Both the position numbers and the translations under genes were made by a program. From positions 8,956,468 to 9,020,467 of the forward strand of contig CAVNZM010000004.1 in assembly GCA_963693365.1 (NCBI GenBank): a stretch of DNA of 64,000 bases, given 5' to 3'. The notes beneath the pieces are model-generated. The model was not told where the DNA came from. It ran no database searches and saw only the letters and a program-made list of their open reading frames with translations. Positions 39,113 through 64,000 of the stretch are shown in pieces. This DNA comes from Amoebidium appalachense (Eukaryota > Protista > Ichthyosporea). How positions within the stretch are numbered: position 1 is the first letter of the stretch; each line of letters opens with the position of its first letter.

Positions 39113-41366
39113 CACAAATACACAGGCACTAAAACGCACCCAAACACATACACCGGGACCTGCACACGTGTGCACCGTGACCCGTTTTATTGGGCCTTTC
39201 GATGATTCGATAGAGCCACTTCAGAATCTGTACTGTTTTTTATTATTAACTAGTTATCACACGTCATCTTCAGAGTTTGAAAGGTTGCCAATATGGCTAG
39301 CTATCAAGAATAATTCTTGTTGCCCATCACGAATTTTAAAAATAAGGCCTGCTGTTTTCACCGTCACATTCTGAAGCTGAGGCTCATCCATTGCAGCCCA
39401 CTTCTTCTTCACCCCCGCACATCTACGCCCCTTTGGCCTCTTCTCCGTTTTGGCCCGGGGTATTGTTTTGAGTTTGGAAAAACCAGAGAGAGGTCTAGAA
39501 AGAGAGAGAGAGAGAGATCTCTAGTAAGAGAGCGTCGCTGCGACAGAGAGATAGAGAGTTTAGAAAGAGAGAGAGAGAGAGGAGGGGGGGGGGGGGGGGG
39601 GGCAGTCAGAAATCTTCCTACCCCATTTGCACTGTATATGTATTAGAAAGCTTTTCTTCATGAAAATGCGAACAGTTCCGCGAAACTAACTATCCCTTAG
39701 GAGAGTATGTAGCAGAGTGAGTAGCAGTAGCTGATCATGAGTTACTGTAGCAACATATACTAGTGGGCGCAGCTTCACCGTGTGTGTTGAAAGCTGTTGA
39801 ACGATAAAGAGAGCTTCTGTGCTTGTGACAGCTTGACAAGTTGTCGCACAAATACGGCTACATGTATGGCAGTGACCAGGAATGGAACACAAAAAGTTCT
39901 ATCTGCACATCAGAGCAGCTTCGAAGGAGGTGGATCCGGACAGTGCCTGTGGATTTAGGATAGATAGCAAGATACACACCACAAGTTCTTTAAGCGCACA
40001 AGGCAGCAGATATAGCATACTCAGCAGAGTGCAAAGGGAAGGCTGAAGTCGTCGCCCAGCGTGCAAACCACGCACGTTGTAGGCAGCCCTCTACATATTC
40101 CTACTTTCTCTTTTGGGCGGTTCCTGGTTTTTGTGGTGCGCACGTGTGCGTGGGTGTGTGTGTGTGTGTTTGTGTGTGCAAGTGTTTGTGTGCCGCGTGT
40201 GACTCGGAAGGTGGGTAACTGGAGATCTTCAGGTTCCGGGCTAGTTGGACTGGCAAGGAGGAGGTGGGGGGAAGGTGGGGAACCGGAGGGAGGGGGGGGG
40301 AATGGGGGGAGGGAGGGGATAGGTTGATTACGTCGTGAGGAATAGAAGGTTGAGAGTAAGCTGCAGTTCACCTCTGCAAATAAATAACAATCTCGTTCAT
40401 AGTCTGGCCCGAGTTTGCAGTCCTTTGCGTCTGGCATATATGAAGGAGCTCATTGAATAGTGTGGTTTACCTGCAGTGAAAGTATTCATGTTATGTACAC
40501 AACTCCAGAATATGTTTGATAATCTTCTGCACTTAAGATCTGCCACCTACTGAGATGGCTCCTTATTTTTCCTTGCACATTCAGCGAACACTGGACTCTA
40601 TCGAACCGTCGAGCCGCCGCGACAGAAAGTATGCACGCGGTCGCTAGAGTGTAAGGGAAAATCGGCCTCGGCCTGAACGTAAAGTTCATCGCAGCGCGTG
40701 CACACCGTCAGTATACGTGTGAGACTTCAGATGAATATCTCGTATCTGCCCGTGCGTGCGCGTGCGGCCTATTTGTGTGTGACGACATGTGCATGTGCCG
40801 CGTGTCGCGTCTGCCCGCCCGCCTGCCCGCCTGCCAACCCAGATTCTTTCTTCCTGGGTGGTTTGTGCTTAGTTATGGACAGGAGTAGGTGGAGGAAGAG
40901 ATATATGTATGAGGAAGGAACCGCTGAATGTGCCAGCCTGGGATGTAGATACGAGAGTGGAGCAAGAAACCTTAGTCTTTTCTGGCCATGGGATAACTTA
41001 AAGACCAGTGGTGGACCATTACTGGCCATGCTATGTGAGGAACCTGCTGAGGTAGCTCAGGCTGCTGCTGCTAGGGGAAAAGGGCGACCCTCGCGCGGGG
41101 AGGGGGGGGGGGGGGGGGGGGGGGGAAGGGGGAGGGGATCCATTCTATAAGGGTTTTGGCAGCTACTATCTAGGTAGCTCTTATTTATCAAGGACGCGGA
41201 CGATCCGGAGAGCGGCCGATCACATGACTCACCAGGTCCTCCCTTGACTCAAAAGAGCCAGCGTCGATTTATTCGTACATATGCTAGAGGAGGAGGGGGA
41301 GGCGGGGAGGGGGGGAGGGGGGGGGGGGGGGGGGGGGGGGAAGGATCAATTTATCACTTTGAGGCA

Positions 41367-41414
<48 letters not shown>

Positions 41415-41603
41415 AAATCAAAAAAAATCCATAGCTTTCTTTTTTTGTGTGTGTCACGGTGCGTGCGTTTGTGTGGCACAGTGCGGTGTGTGCAGCCACA
41501 GGGCGTGCATGCATAATATGTGATTTTTTGTAGGTGTGTGCGTATACGTGTGTGTGCGTGTCTGTACACGGCATGTGCTCTCTCTCTCTCTCTCTCCCTT
41601 TCT

Positions 41604-41677
<74 letters not shown>

Positions 41678-41871
41678 CGCCCCCCTCCCCGCGTCCTTCT
41701 CTTTCTCCCTCTCTCTCCCCCCCCCCCCCCCTCTCTCTCTCCCCCCTCTCCCCCCCCCCCCCCCCCCCACGCAAGGCCCCATCTCTCTCTCTCTCTTTTC
41801 CCTCCCCCTCTCCCTCTCCGAGGCTTTCTCTCTGTGTTCTTGTGTGTTATGTGTGTTTGTGTCTGTGTGTA

Positions 41872-41943
<72 letters not shown>

Positions 41944-42000
41944 CGTGCGCGTGCGTGTGTTTGTGTGTGTGTTTGTGTGTGTGTGTGTTGTGTGTGTGTG

Positions 42001-42081
<81 letters not shown>

Positions 42082-42250
42082 TGTGTGTGTGTGTTTGACT
42101 ACAAACTGTGTGTGCATAAGAAAAACAGAAACCTCGGAATTCGGAACGTCATCAGAAATTACTGAACCGATTCCGAACCCAAACCAAAACAAAATTTTGA
42201 GAGTTTCGATGCCTTCAACCTTTGAAGAAAAGAAAAAAGAAAGATAACGG

Positions 42251-42295
<45 letters not shown>

Positions 42296-42679
42296 GGAGG
42301 AGGGAGGAACCATAGTGAATTCCAATATACAATTTCTATGATATCATGTCGTGTGAGTGTTTTTTCCCACCATTATGCAGTGTTTTCTTGCACACACTGC
42401 TATCAAAGCTTGGAGAGGGAGAGGCGACGCAAAAGAAGAGAAGGAAAGTCAATGATAGTATCACAATCCTGCCCACAACCGTGCACATTTTCCCATCCCA
42501 CAATAGGTTTCCTTCGGCGCACAGTGACATCCCGTGGTCTGAAAGCTAAGAATCTCATCACATAGTCCTTGTTAGAATGGCGTGAGATTACCGGACGGCA
42601 TGATAGCAGTTTAGCTTCCTCTCCCTCCCTTTACTTTCCTCTCTCGTCATCCAACTCCGTCCCTCTCTCTTCCCCCCCC

Positions 42680-42720
<41 letters not shown>

Positions 42721-42767
42721 ACACCCCCCCCGGGGCTAACCACATCGGCTGAGTTAACTTGCTCCGA

Positions 42768-42965
42768 GCAGAATTATTCTGCAAAAACCAGAATTATTCT
42801 GGAAAAAGCATAACTATTCTACTGAATTTCAGCAAAGGCAGAGCTATTCTGCAAAGGCAGATTTATTCTGCCAAAAGCAGAATCATTCTGCTGTGGGCAG
42901 CAAAACTATTCTGCGATAAGCGGAATAATTCCTGCAAAAACAGAATAATCCTTCTGAAAGCAGAG
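42768..42965. repeat. Degenerate tandem array of about 20-bp units built on the palindrome GCAGAATnATTCTGC
   Basis: Roughly 8-9 imperfect copies separated by A-rich spacers. Confidence 0.8.
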
Positions 42966-43030
42966 TGATTCATACATAGACACACAAACTCACAAATCCG
43001 AGCCACTCTATCCCTTACCGTTCCCCCCAT

Positions 43031-43063
<33 letters not shown>

Positions 43064-43909
43064 TTCCCCCCCCCCCCTCTCCCCCCCCCTCCTCCCCTCC
43101 CCACCCCCCACACCCATCCACACACACACACACACCGGCTTGTAAATTCGTACCTGCTTTCCACAGTGCCCCATGGCCAATCTTCCCCCATTCCTGCTTA
43201 CTGTTACATGTATCACCCATCCGTGACCCTACTCCCCCCCCCCCCCCCCCCCCCCCCGGAGGCTCCTGCTTCCTCGACATGCACACGCCAGTTGCCTGAC
43301 CCTGTTTCCACCCCTTGTACCCCACTTCCCTTGTGAGCCTATTACCACCTTCCCGTGTCCCCTCCCGCCTGCCCCCTCCCCCCATCCTCCTCCCCTCCGC
43401 TCCCCCCCCCTCCCCCCCCCCCTCCCCCCCCCCCCCGGGACTGTGTGACCCTCCCCTCCCCCTGAGGCTCCCTCCCCACCTGCGCTACTAGAAGCTCATC
43501 TATGATAATTTTCCATCCGGCTCTACCCCTCCTGTCCCCTCCCCTCCTCTCCCCTTCCCCCACCTCACAACCCCGCCCTTCTCCCACATTAAAGCATCCA
43601 CCCTTCCTTCCCCATCCCCAAGGCTTAGCCCCTTCCCTCCTCCTCCGTCCCCCCCCCCCCCCCCCCCCCCTCCCCCCCTTCCCCCGGGCTCATCTCCCCA
43701 CTACTCCGTTCACGTGGGTTCCCGCAGCTATAAATAAGAATCGAGCATCAAATTTATCCCCCTAACTGTACCAATTATTGCCAAGCTCACACTCCACACA
43801 TGGTTTGATGCACAGAAGGCCCACTGGCAGCTGGAGAGAGGGGAAAGTCTTGCGTAAGTGGCTGAGCACTACTACGCCGCGGGACGTCTCCAGCCGGGTC
43901 TATGTAATT

Positions 43910-44030
43910 CTGATGGGCAATCGAAACACTCTCTTAAATTTTATCTTCCTGATGGGCAATAGGAACGCTTCCGTACTTCTGATGGGCAACAGGAACGCTT
44001 CCGCAATTTTGTTGTTGGGCAATAGGAACT
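43910..44030. repeat. Four imperfect copies of CTGATGGGCAATAGGAAC at about 30-40-bp spacing
   Basis: Direct reading; translates as repeated LMGNRN. Confidence 0.75.
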
Positions 44031-44489
44031 CGGCGTTAATTAATTATTGCGACTTTTAACCAACCATCTGCTGTAGATTAAAATTTGTTTGCGCAATCAG
44101 ACACTTTGTCTAGTGACTGTCGCCTGCGGCAACATACAAGGAATGTTGAGCCGGGCCACAGGGAGACAGCACTCAAAGTGACTAGGTCAGGCTGGGTAGA
44201 GGCTTGAAGAAGAGGCACAATATGATAGCATCCCGGGCCCCTAAAACAGCACTGGGGGTGCATAGGGACATACTATCCGGGAACTTGGAAAAGCATAATA
44301 TATACACCAGGCTGTCATATTATTAATTCCAGATCTCCTTCGGTGTTCCGGCCTGAATTTGGTCTGCCAGAAACCCAGCCGCCGTGGATGGAGGTGGTTG
44401 CTGTTTTTGTTGTGGCAATGGTGGTTGAGTAGATTCCGGTGATGGTTGTGGTGCCTTTTTTTTTTTTTTTTTTTTTTTTTGTTAACGGT

Positions 44490-44534
<45 letters not shown>

Positions 44535-44855
44535 GGGGGGGGGGGGGGGGGGGAGGGGGGGGGGGGGGGGGGGAGGGGGGGGGGGGGGGGGCAGCAGGCA
44601 GCCGATCTTTTTTTTTTTTTTTTTTTTTTTTTTTTGATTGTTTGTTTGTTTGTTTGTTGGTTGGTTGGTTGGTTGGTCACAGTTGTTGGGGGGGGGGATG
44701 CGGAGAAGAAGGGAGGGGGGGGGAGGGTGGAAGCATCTTACTTGCTAGAATCCCAAGTACTCGATTTGAGTAGAGGTGGTTGTTGTTTTTCTTGTGGCGA
44801 TGGTGATTGGATATATTCCGGTGGTGGTGGTGGTGGTGGTGGTGGCGGTGGTGGT

Positions 44856-44920
<65 letters not shown>

Positions 44921-46124
44921 ATACGAATATGATCTTACAAACTGGAACCTGCAATTTTCTAGCATTTGCAAAGATAACTACACTTTCATTTCGCAAAATC
45001 TTAAATTAATAGCCTAAGGTACCCCATAGGCCATCAATGTCCATGTTTTATTGCATCTTGCATGCATGCCGCTGGTTGGATGCTCGACTCTAGTGAGTGT
45101 ATTCAAGTTTCTTTTACGGGGCGAGCGCAGTGGAGTGGTGGAGGTGGTGGGGTCGGGGGATGAGAAGAGGTGGCAAAAGAAACAGGTTACAGGGGAAAGG
45201 CCTGGCCCAGGGGGGTTCGGGGGGCTGGGGGGGGGGGGGGGGGGGATATATGCATAACAAGTAGCCCAACAGTGTATTAGATGTAGTGCAAAGCACACAA
45301 AGAAAACACTGATAATCCCCACCAAGTTGCCAGGTAATTTGTGTGGTGTGTTGTTTAGAGGGGGGAAGGGGCGGGGGGGGGGGGGGGGGGAGACACAAAA
45401 AGCGCAGGCAATCAGGAGCAGTGCTGGACAGAACAACTCAGTAGTCTGGAACTGCGAGTGCAAGGCAGGAGGAAAATTGAACAGTACTGCAAGGTCGTGT
45501 GTTCACGAGCATAACACGATTAAATGCCTTCACTTCCTAAACACAAGGTCTGTTACACCAACAGTTCTATTGATACCTATATTAGGTCTATCTTGTGCCA
45601 TGGCAACGCCAGCACTGTATGATTTGTGCATAACGAGGTAGAACAATGCACTGAACGGAAACAGGGTGTGGGGGAACAACCAGACAACCCATTTGAGTTG
45701 GGTCACACCACAAGGGCATGCGGTCCTAACAGAGGGTGCACGAGCTGAACGGCTAAAACTGTTAAACAGCAGAGTTACACCCAACAAAGCCTGGTCACGA
45801 TGGACGCATGCAAGCTTTTTGGAGCACGGCCACTGACCCCTTGTCCCGACGGATAAAGACCCCTACAACGGGATGTTTTGGGACACCCCCACCCCCGTGA
45901 AATTGTTTATCAAAAAGGCCAATCTCACCGGACAACAACAAGTGCTTTCGTGATACGGTATTAGCCACAGACAAACACCGTTTAGAGTACAATATTTTAT
46001 TTATTTGAATTAGACGTCCATAATACTAACATACTGAAACCGGTGCTATACGTATTCCAATACTGGAACGACAATACGGGGGCCACTCATGACGAGGAGC
46101 ACACATTCGATGGTAGATGTTTCT

Positions 46125-46356
46125 TCAATAGCCGTTCTCGATCACTGCAAAAGACATAGGTCAGTCGACTGCTAAGAGCAACAAGGCAAACCCATTACGA
46201 AACTGTGTGGTAATGCGAGAAGGGGGGGGGGGGGGGGGGGGGGGGACAAGCCTGGTCCACAGTACCAAGTCCCAAGCCACAACTTACACGCTATGTCGAC
46301 TACATGCAACGTATGTAGACCCCACCTACGGGTGGGTGGTGGTGGTTTTTTTTTTT

Positions 46357-46387
<31 letters not shown>

Positions 46388-47528
46388 GTAGACAAAAGGG
46401 GTGGACGAACAAACATATGACCTCGCTGCACATCTGGGACCAAATCGTAGCCAACAAGGATAAACAGAAAATGCGAGGGCAAGGAGCAGCACGTTTCAGC
46501 ACATGGCTTTCAACTCCGTTATTCACCTATATCACCCTACAGTCTACCCAGTAGGAAGTACGGACAAGTAAAGCAGCAGACATTATCACAAAAGGTTTCA
46601 GGCTAAAGTGGAACCCCCGGATACGGGTTACACGAGCAATACTTACAGTAATCGGCAAGCTTCTCAACTGTCAGGGTGCAGTTGCCAGCAGGCAGGGGCT
46701 TCTCGTAAATACCGATGACAATTGCTTGGTTGGTCTTGACGATAACGCAGCCGTTCTCACCGAGCTTACCATAAAGCGAGCGGCCCTCCTCGGCGCGGAG
46801 GAACTGGTACTTCTGGCCAGCAAGGTGGATACCGCCAGAGTACAAGGGGGTGGGGTTGGTAGTGGCGTTCACCAGAGCAACGACCTACAAGGGGGTAGCA
46901 TTTCTTAGTACAGGATATATATACGACAACACCAGAGCAGGCTAGTTGGGAAAGAAAGATGACAAGTGCCTTTAAATATACGGTGAGCCAGGTGATGTGT
47001 GATGCGTGTACAGTACGGAAGGCCACATTACCCAGGCCCATCACAAGCCCAAACCACGCGCACGAGCAGGCTAAATAGACTGGCAGCCGGTTGACAAAGA
47101 GAAAAGGGCACAGGTAACCCGTATTTCTTTCCTTGCCTAACAGAGACCCCTTTCTTCGCCAGATCCCAAACTGCGATCGTGCAAATGCAGTAAACATCAA
47201 GGCCGGACTACACAGCTCCCTGTACTTCCCAAATGTATTACCAAACCAGGAAAGTGCAAGGTTGTGAGTTAAAAGAAAAGGCTCACTAGGCTCCAACAGG
47301 TTGCTCACTGCGTGCGTATCAGGTCTGTGGGCACCCCAACCGACACTACACGGTCTTCGGAACACGCAGACAGAAGGAGGAAGGGAACCAAGTTCACACC
47401 TCAGCAGGCGACACGCTCAGGTCAGAGGAGGTTGCCCACACGGAGCCATCGTGGCCATGGATGGCAGCCTTGCTGACACAGCCAGTGCCGACGAGGTTGC
47501 TATCGACGTACGCTTGCCAAGAAGACAT
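46125..47528 (-). CDS. PFN: Profilin, 128 aa; exons 47528-47400, 46884-46647, 46144-46125
   Basis: MSSWQAYVDSNLVGTGCVSKAAIHGHDGSVWATS...GIHLAGQKYQFLRA..RSLYGK...GCVIVKTNQAIVIG...VEKLADYLIENGY, with GT-AG introns in phase. Confidence 0.97.
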
Positions 47529-48927
47529 TTTAGAGCTTTATGTAAACCAAGTGACTTAGGTGTGTGAAGGCTGTGTGTGACTGACTAAAAATTTGCAGTT
47601 GCTGGGATTTTGTACTGCGGGCAACAATAAACAGGCATCCAGCTGTTAAAACACCAACATGATTATTAACGAATCACAAATTGCAGTTTGGCTGTCGCAG
47701 CAATACGGACTCCATGCTCCGGAGCAACGGAATAGCCATGAAAAGGTATAAACTCAAGGCTTACATAATTGAACTTTTCACTCAAGAGCGCATAGGTGCA
47801 TTGATTTTTACTGCTAATAATTAGGATATAGTTCAAACGTTGTTTAAACCGAGAAGCCTGAGACATCCGATGTATGCTCGCCGCACATGTGATAGAAAAT
47901 TGCTGTGGTCATGGTGCAACCAATCACGGATGCTCAAAGGCTACCTTGATATTTCCGTCTTTTCCTTTCCTCCTCACGAGTGAGGCAAATATTTGGCATG
48001 GTCATGTGATCTTCCATAGCAGAACAGCACCAGTGTAAACGGCCCCGTGAATTTACCAAAATAAAAATATGTGCATGGAAAGAAACAAAGGGAGATATCA
48101 GTGAAAAATGTAGATGAATTTCCTACTTGATTAGCTATTTTTAAGCTCTGTTCGGCTTTATTCTATATAGTGTATTGTGATCTCAGAGCCTCGTACAAAG
48201 TCCAAGACTTCTTACCCTCCTCTAACTCTGCTCCAACAATTTAGCAACAAACAAATTACTTGCCGTATTGAGAAAGTTGGTGCAAGGGCCTTCCAAATTT
48301 GGAACGTCATTAGTGACACGATTTTTGCGTGGGTCGACTGGGGTCGAATATCACTTTTTCGCTCGAGCCCTCGAGTTTCTAAAAACCTTTCGGCGTTTAC
48401 CAGCGCGAGTAGAAACTTCAGGCGAGTTCTCTTAAGCTCGAGTTTCGAGCTTCCTTGTACAGTAGGCCTAGAGGGCATCTTTTTAATTATATACAGTACA
48501 TCTGTGGCTAGTATGATATGGGGTATGTAACACCACCTCCCCCCTCCCTCCCCCACCCCCCCCCCCCCCCCCCCCGCCGGCTCATCCCCCTTATCCCTCC
48601 CCCCCCCCCCCCCCCCTCGTCCTCTCTCTCTCTCCCTTCCTTCCCCCCTTCTTCTCCTTCTCACGGCCTTCTCCCGCTGGTTCCAGCTGCGTTCTCCTAT
48701 CCATCGTTCTCGCATCTTCATTTTCGTCATAAACACGTTTGTTTGGCCCGAATGTTGGACTCCCCCCCCCCCCCCTTCCCCTCTCAAATGCACCCTCTCT
48801 TTTTAAATTTGACACCTTCGAACCCTTTTCTTGTGTATCTCCAAAGTCTTTCTTACGCCTGCTTCGTACCTTGTTCTTCCATACCCCCATAGTTCAAAAA
48901 CTGCGCTGTTGCTAAGAACACCGAAAG

Positions 48928-48985
<58 letters not shown>

Positions 48986-49493
48986 CTCCCTCCCTCCCTC
49001 CCTCCCCCGCTCTTCCGCCTCCTTCCCCCCTTTCCCCCCACACACACGCACGCACAAATGCGTGCTTGTTTCCCATCGAGAGTTGTGACCGAGTTTTTAT
49101 AATGGAACTCTTTGTGCCTCTACTGCCAACTCAGATTTCCGTGTACAGTACTTTGTGGTGCTCAGCCCGTGAACTACTTCTTTCTTGGCGTCACGTCGTG
49201 GCACAGAATGAGACACAAACATGCATCAATATATTCGAGTCGCTGTGAAAACAGCGATGATGCACTTGCAGACGCACGTACACATCAGCACTTAAAGGAC
49301 ATGCCCACTGCTCTACCACACCTTTGTATGCGGACATGTGGCTTTATGTTATATTATGCTGATTTGCACACAGCACGACAAATGCTTTGTAGCTCCGCAT
49401 ACTGAAGCGGTGTCTGTTCTTACTTACTTCAGAAGCACTTATCTCTTTTTTCCTTCCCTCTCCCTCTCCCTTCCCTCCCCCGTCCTCCCTCCC

Positions 49494-49528
<35 letters not shown>

Positions 49529-50860
49529 TTTCTTCCTGTCCTGTCTCTCTTGCTTGCTTGCTCGCTCGCTTGCTCTTTCGGCCTCCCCGTAGCTCCATAC
49601 TGAAGTAGGGAGGGGGGCCGGGAAACGTCAGAATCACATCACTCTCCTTCGCTTTTCCCCTCCCTTTTTCCTTCCTTCCTCTTTTCCTCTTCCCCCCCCC
49701 CCCCCCCCCCCCCTCCTCCCGGCCCTCCCTCCCTCTCCCCTTCCCCCCAACCCCCCCCCCTTCTCCCCCACTCCGTCTCTCGCCCCGCTCCCTCCCCCCC
49801 CCCTGCCCCCCTCCCTTCTCTTCTCTCCCTCCCCCGGGCCCCACCTCTCTTCCCCCCCCCCCCCCCCCCCTCCCCCCTCCTTCCCCCTCTTACCTACCCC
49901 TCTCAGGCTTACTTCTCTTGCTCCCGACTCCTCTCATTCTCTCACTCTCTCACTCCGTTTCTAACTCACTCCAGCCACCTCCGGATGTGTACGTGAAATT
50001 GTCTGTGCCTCCATGCCATCAGGAGACTGCCTTGATCCGACCTATAAAAAAGTGAAATATACTCTTGGAACGTTCCTCACGTGACCACTGGTGTTGGTGA
50101 GACCGTAGAAGCCAATTGGCTGCTGGAAGGATTTTCAAGGACGAGGGGGTAGGGGGGGGGGGGGGGAGGGGAGGATCGTGTTCAGATCGCTTGGATGTTC
50201 AAAGAGCACTTCCGGTACAGCTTATGGGTGCATCTGGTTCATCCAGGTCAGCTGTAAACAAGTCCCTTTCCCCTCCCCCCCGGAAGTTCCGCCGACCTTG
50301 TCGTCAGACACTTTGTGTAGCCTAATTTTTTTTTTTTTGCCTTTTTCACCCTCCAATTCCCCCCCAACCCCCACTCTCTGCACACACACACACACACACA
50401 CGCACAGAATGTAACAAAAGGACATTCAGGAATGATGTCTACTAGTTCCTAAAGTCCTATGAAGCTTTTCAGCCATGTCCACACGATGAAACTGTGATTG
50501 TTTTCTGAGCTTATATACTGGCACGATGTAAGCCGCGACCGTCAAGATTGTGACCTTCAGAATACAATTGGGCACCTGACTGTGTGCAGCTTCTAAGGAA
50601 AAGCCTCCCCGCTAATCTTAGACATACACTTGTTTGGAGGCAAGGTGTTTCACGCAGTAGTGGCAACAAATCAAATAACAGGCAATCTATACGTGCACGG
50701 GATTCAGGGATATGTGCATGCGACAGAGGATAGAAGGGGGCAAGGGAAGTCTTAGAATAAATCAAAAGTGGGGAAAGAGACGAAAACAAAAGATGATGAG
50801 GGATAGTACTTTAGGGTTGGCATAAATATAAGTGTGGATCTAAATCTAGTGCATGTGCCT

Positions 50861-51117
50861 GCTCAGTGGCATTATTTTGAGACAGCACTGTAGCTCCCAT
50901 GTGGCTATTGTGTGCTGCAACATGTAGGCCCTCGTTGATACAGGCACTGCTACAGGCACTGCAACTGGCTATGGGGCTCGAAAAGGAGGAGAAGGGGGAG
51001 GGGGAGGGGGGGGGGGGGGGGGGGGGGGGGGGAGGGGAGAAGGCCGAGGGGGGGGAGGGGGGGGGGGGGGGGAGCAGGGGAGGGGGGCTGCAATTAATTA
51101 GCTAAATGCCACTGAGC
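50861..51117. mobile_element. Possible MITE bounded by a perfect 13-bp inverted repeat
   Basis: GCTCAGTGGCATT ... AATGCCACTGAGC; no TSD found. Confidence 0.3.
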
Positions 51118-51907
51118 CACGGCCGGTGCACCATCTTTATTGTATCATAAGCCATTCTATAAGATGATTTTGTATGTAGAGTTAACCTAATGCCATATTA
51201 TTTGCAATAAATGCACTGGGGTGTAGCACACACGTGCTTTGTGGGCGATGCGTGCGCAGGCTGCAGCTATCAATATAGCTAAGCTAGAACTACAGGAAGA
51301 TGTCTTCTATCTGCACCGTGGGAACGTTTGTGACAGCGCATAAACATGTACAGTACAGACACCTGCCCCACAGACCCCATGCCTCCGGACTACCCCGGCC
51401 CCCTACAACCTTCCACACAATACCCCAACCACCACGGACGTGCGTGCACGGTTTTCGAATTCTGAAAGGACACATGAATTCAGAGGGCCGTGCTGCGCCC
51501 GCCAACGCTCTGCACCGTCTGATGGAGTCCACTGAGCTGGGCAGCCTGGGTCCACCAATTTTTCAACCAGTGGCTCTAATACAGCCAAAACCATAAAAAA
51601 ATACCCTCAAAACCACCTTGAGGGCCATCGATCAGGCAGAAGAGAAGGTGCTAGGCACCCTGCAGCCCAGCCTGCTGGGGCCGGAGGGCCGAGCTTGCCA
51701 ATGATATGCGAGGCTTCTGGCGCGCATATTTACCCAATCAAAACGCGCGTTGCAAAATGTTGGCGGGCAACATTCCACTGCCCAGCTGATCATGAGAGCT
51801 GTGACCTGCTGCAGCTGTGACTTCGCTTGCATCTCAGTTAGCGACTTCCTCTGGTTGGCGAACATAGGCACAAACGGGTAGTTAGAAGTAAGGAACTCAA
51901 CGCAAAC

Positions 51908-63049
<11,142 letters not shown>

Positions 63050-63071
63050 GTACGTATTGACCCCTCCCCCC

Positions 63072-63115
<44 letters not shown>

Positions 63116-63394
63116 AGCCAATCAACCTCCCCCTCCCCCCTCCCCTCCCCCCCCCCCCCCCCCCCCTCCCCCCCCCCCCCCCCCGGGCCACCCCCTTCCT
63201 TCCCCCTTCTTTGTGAGTTCATTGCACACCTGCATTGTGCTGCCCGTCGTGAATCCTTGTCGTACTCAGTACTGTGCGGGCATACTTACCCCCCCCCCCC
63301 CCCCCCCCCCCCCCCGTCCGCATGTGCCCTCCCACAGGCACAGACACATTTTTAACACACACACACAACACACACACACGCACACTCACACACA

Positions 63395-63445
<51 letters not shown>

Positions 63446-63521
63446 ACACACACACTCACACCCGACAGTGTGGGTGGTGCGTGAGTGGGTGCGTGTGTCT
63501 GCCCATGTCTTTTTTTTTTTT

Positions 63522-63552
<31 letters not shown>

Positions 63553-64000
63553 GGGGGGGAGAGGAGGGGGGGAGGGGGGGGGGGAGGGGGGAGGGGGGAG
63601 GGGGATACCTCACTCGTGTTGCCTTGATATAACAGTTGTTGACTATTGCACTCGGTATAGAGATGAACCATCCAACACATAAGAAATTTCGGTCATAGAA
63701 CAGGTGCCAACCACGTGCTTTCCGCCTCAAACTTTTAACGGTGATTGTTTCTGTTGCCTGGTTTGCCGTGCTACGTACTGTTCACTGATCCCCTCTCACA
63801 CAACAGATCAAATGGGAGAAACCAGACGAAGAAGCTATCGTTGAGTTTATGTGCAAACAAAACAACTTTGCGTGAGTATCCCCATACACCTAACCTAAAA
63901 GCTGGTGCATAACCAGCATTTGGCATGTCAACCACTGCTCCGCTCACGAAGCCTTCCCCCACGAGGATGCTGTTCTGCACTCTCCCCCTCCCCCCTCTCC

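Noticed and set aside
48190-50460. Possible exons between profilin and FEN1
   Set aside because: Short unique blocks with no recognisable protein motif or consistent splice model.

Overview
Eukaryotic genomic DNA with long spliceosomal introns, packed with poly-G/poly-C, (CA)n and (GA)n tracts. Most short ORFs in the track are translations of these repeats. Spliced genes reconstructed by hand: a 147-aa membrane-anchored U-box protein (3 exons, -), profilin (3 exons, -) and FEN1 (12 exons seen, +, continuing past the window end). Genes with unbroken or intronless coding regions: an AUR1/IPC-synthase-like PAP2 enzyme, a frameshifted acyltransferase-3, a decayed GT61 glycosyltransferase, and a 511-aa secreted, probably GPI-anchored protein. 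That protein carries motifs spaced like the cholera-toxin/scabin class of ADP-ribosyltransferases and is the top candidate for something new. Mobile DNA: a very young Ty1/copia element (765-bp LTRs, GTGAG TSD) nested inside a truncated poly(A) retroposon, a non-autonomous hAT element carrying nested retroposon copies, and other dispersed repeats. All assignments come from reading motifs by eye; no searches were run.
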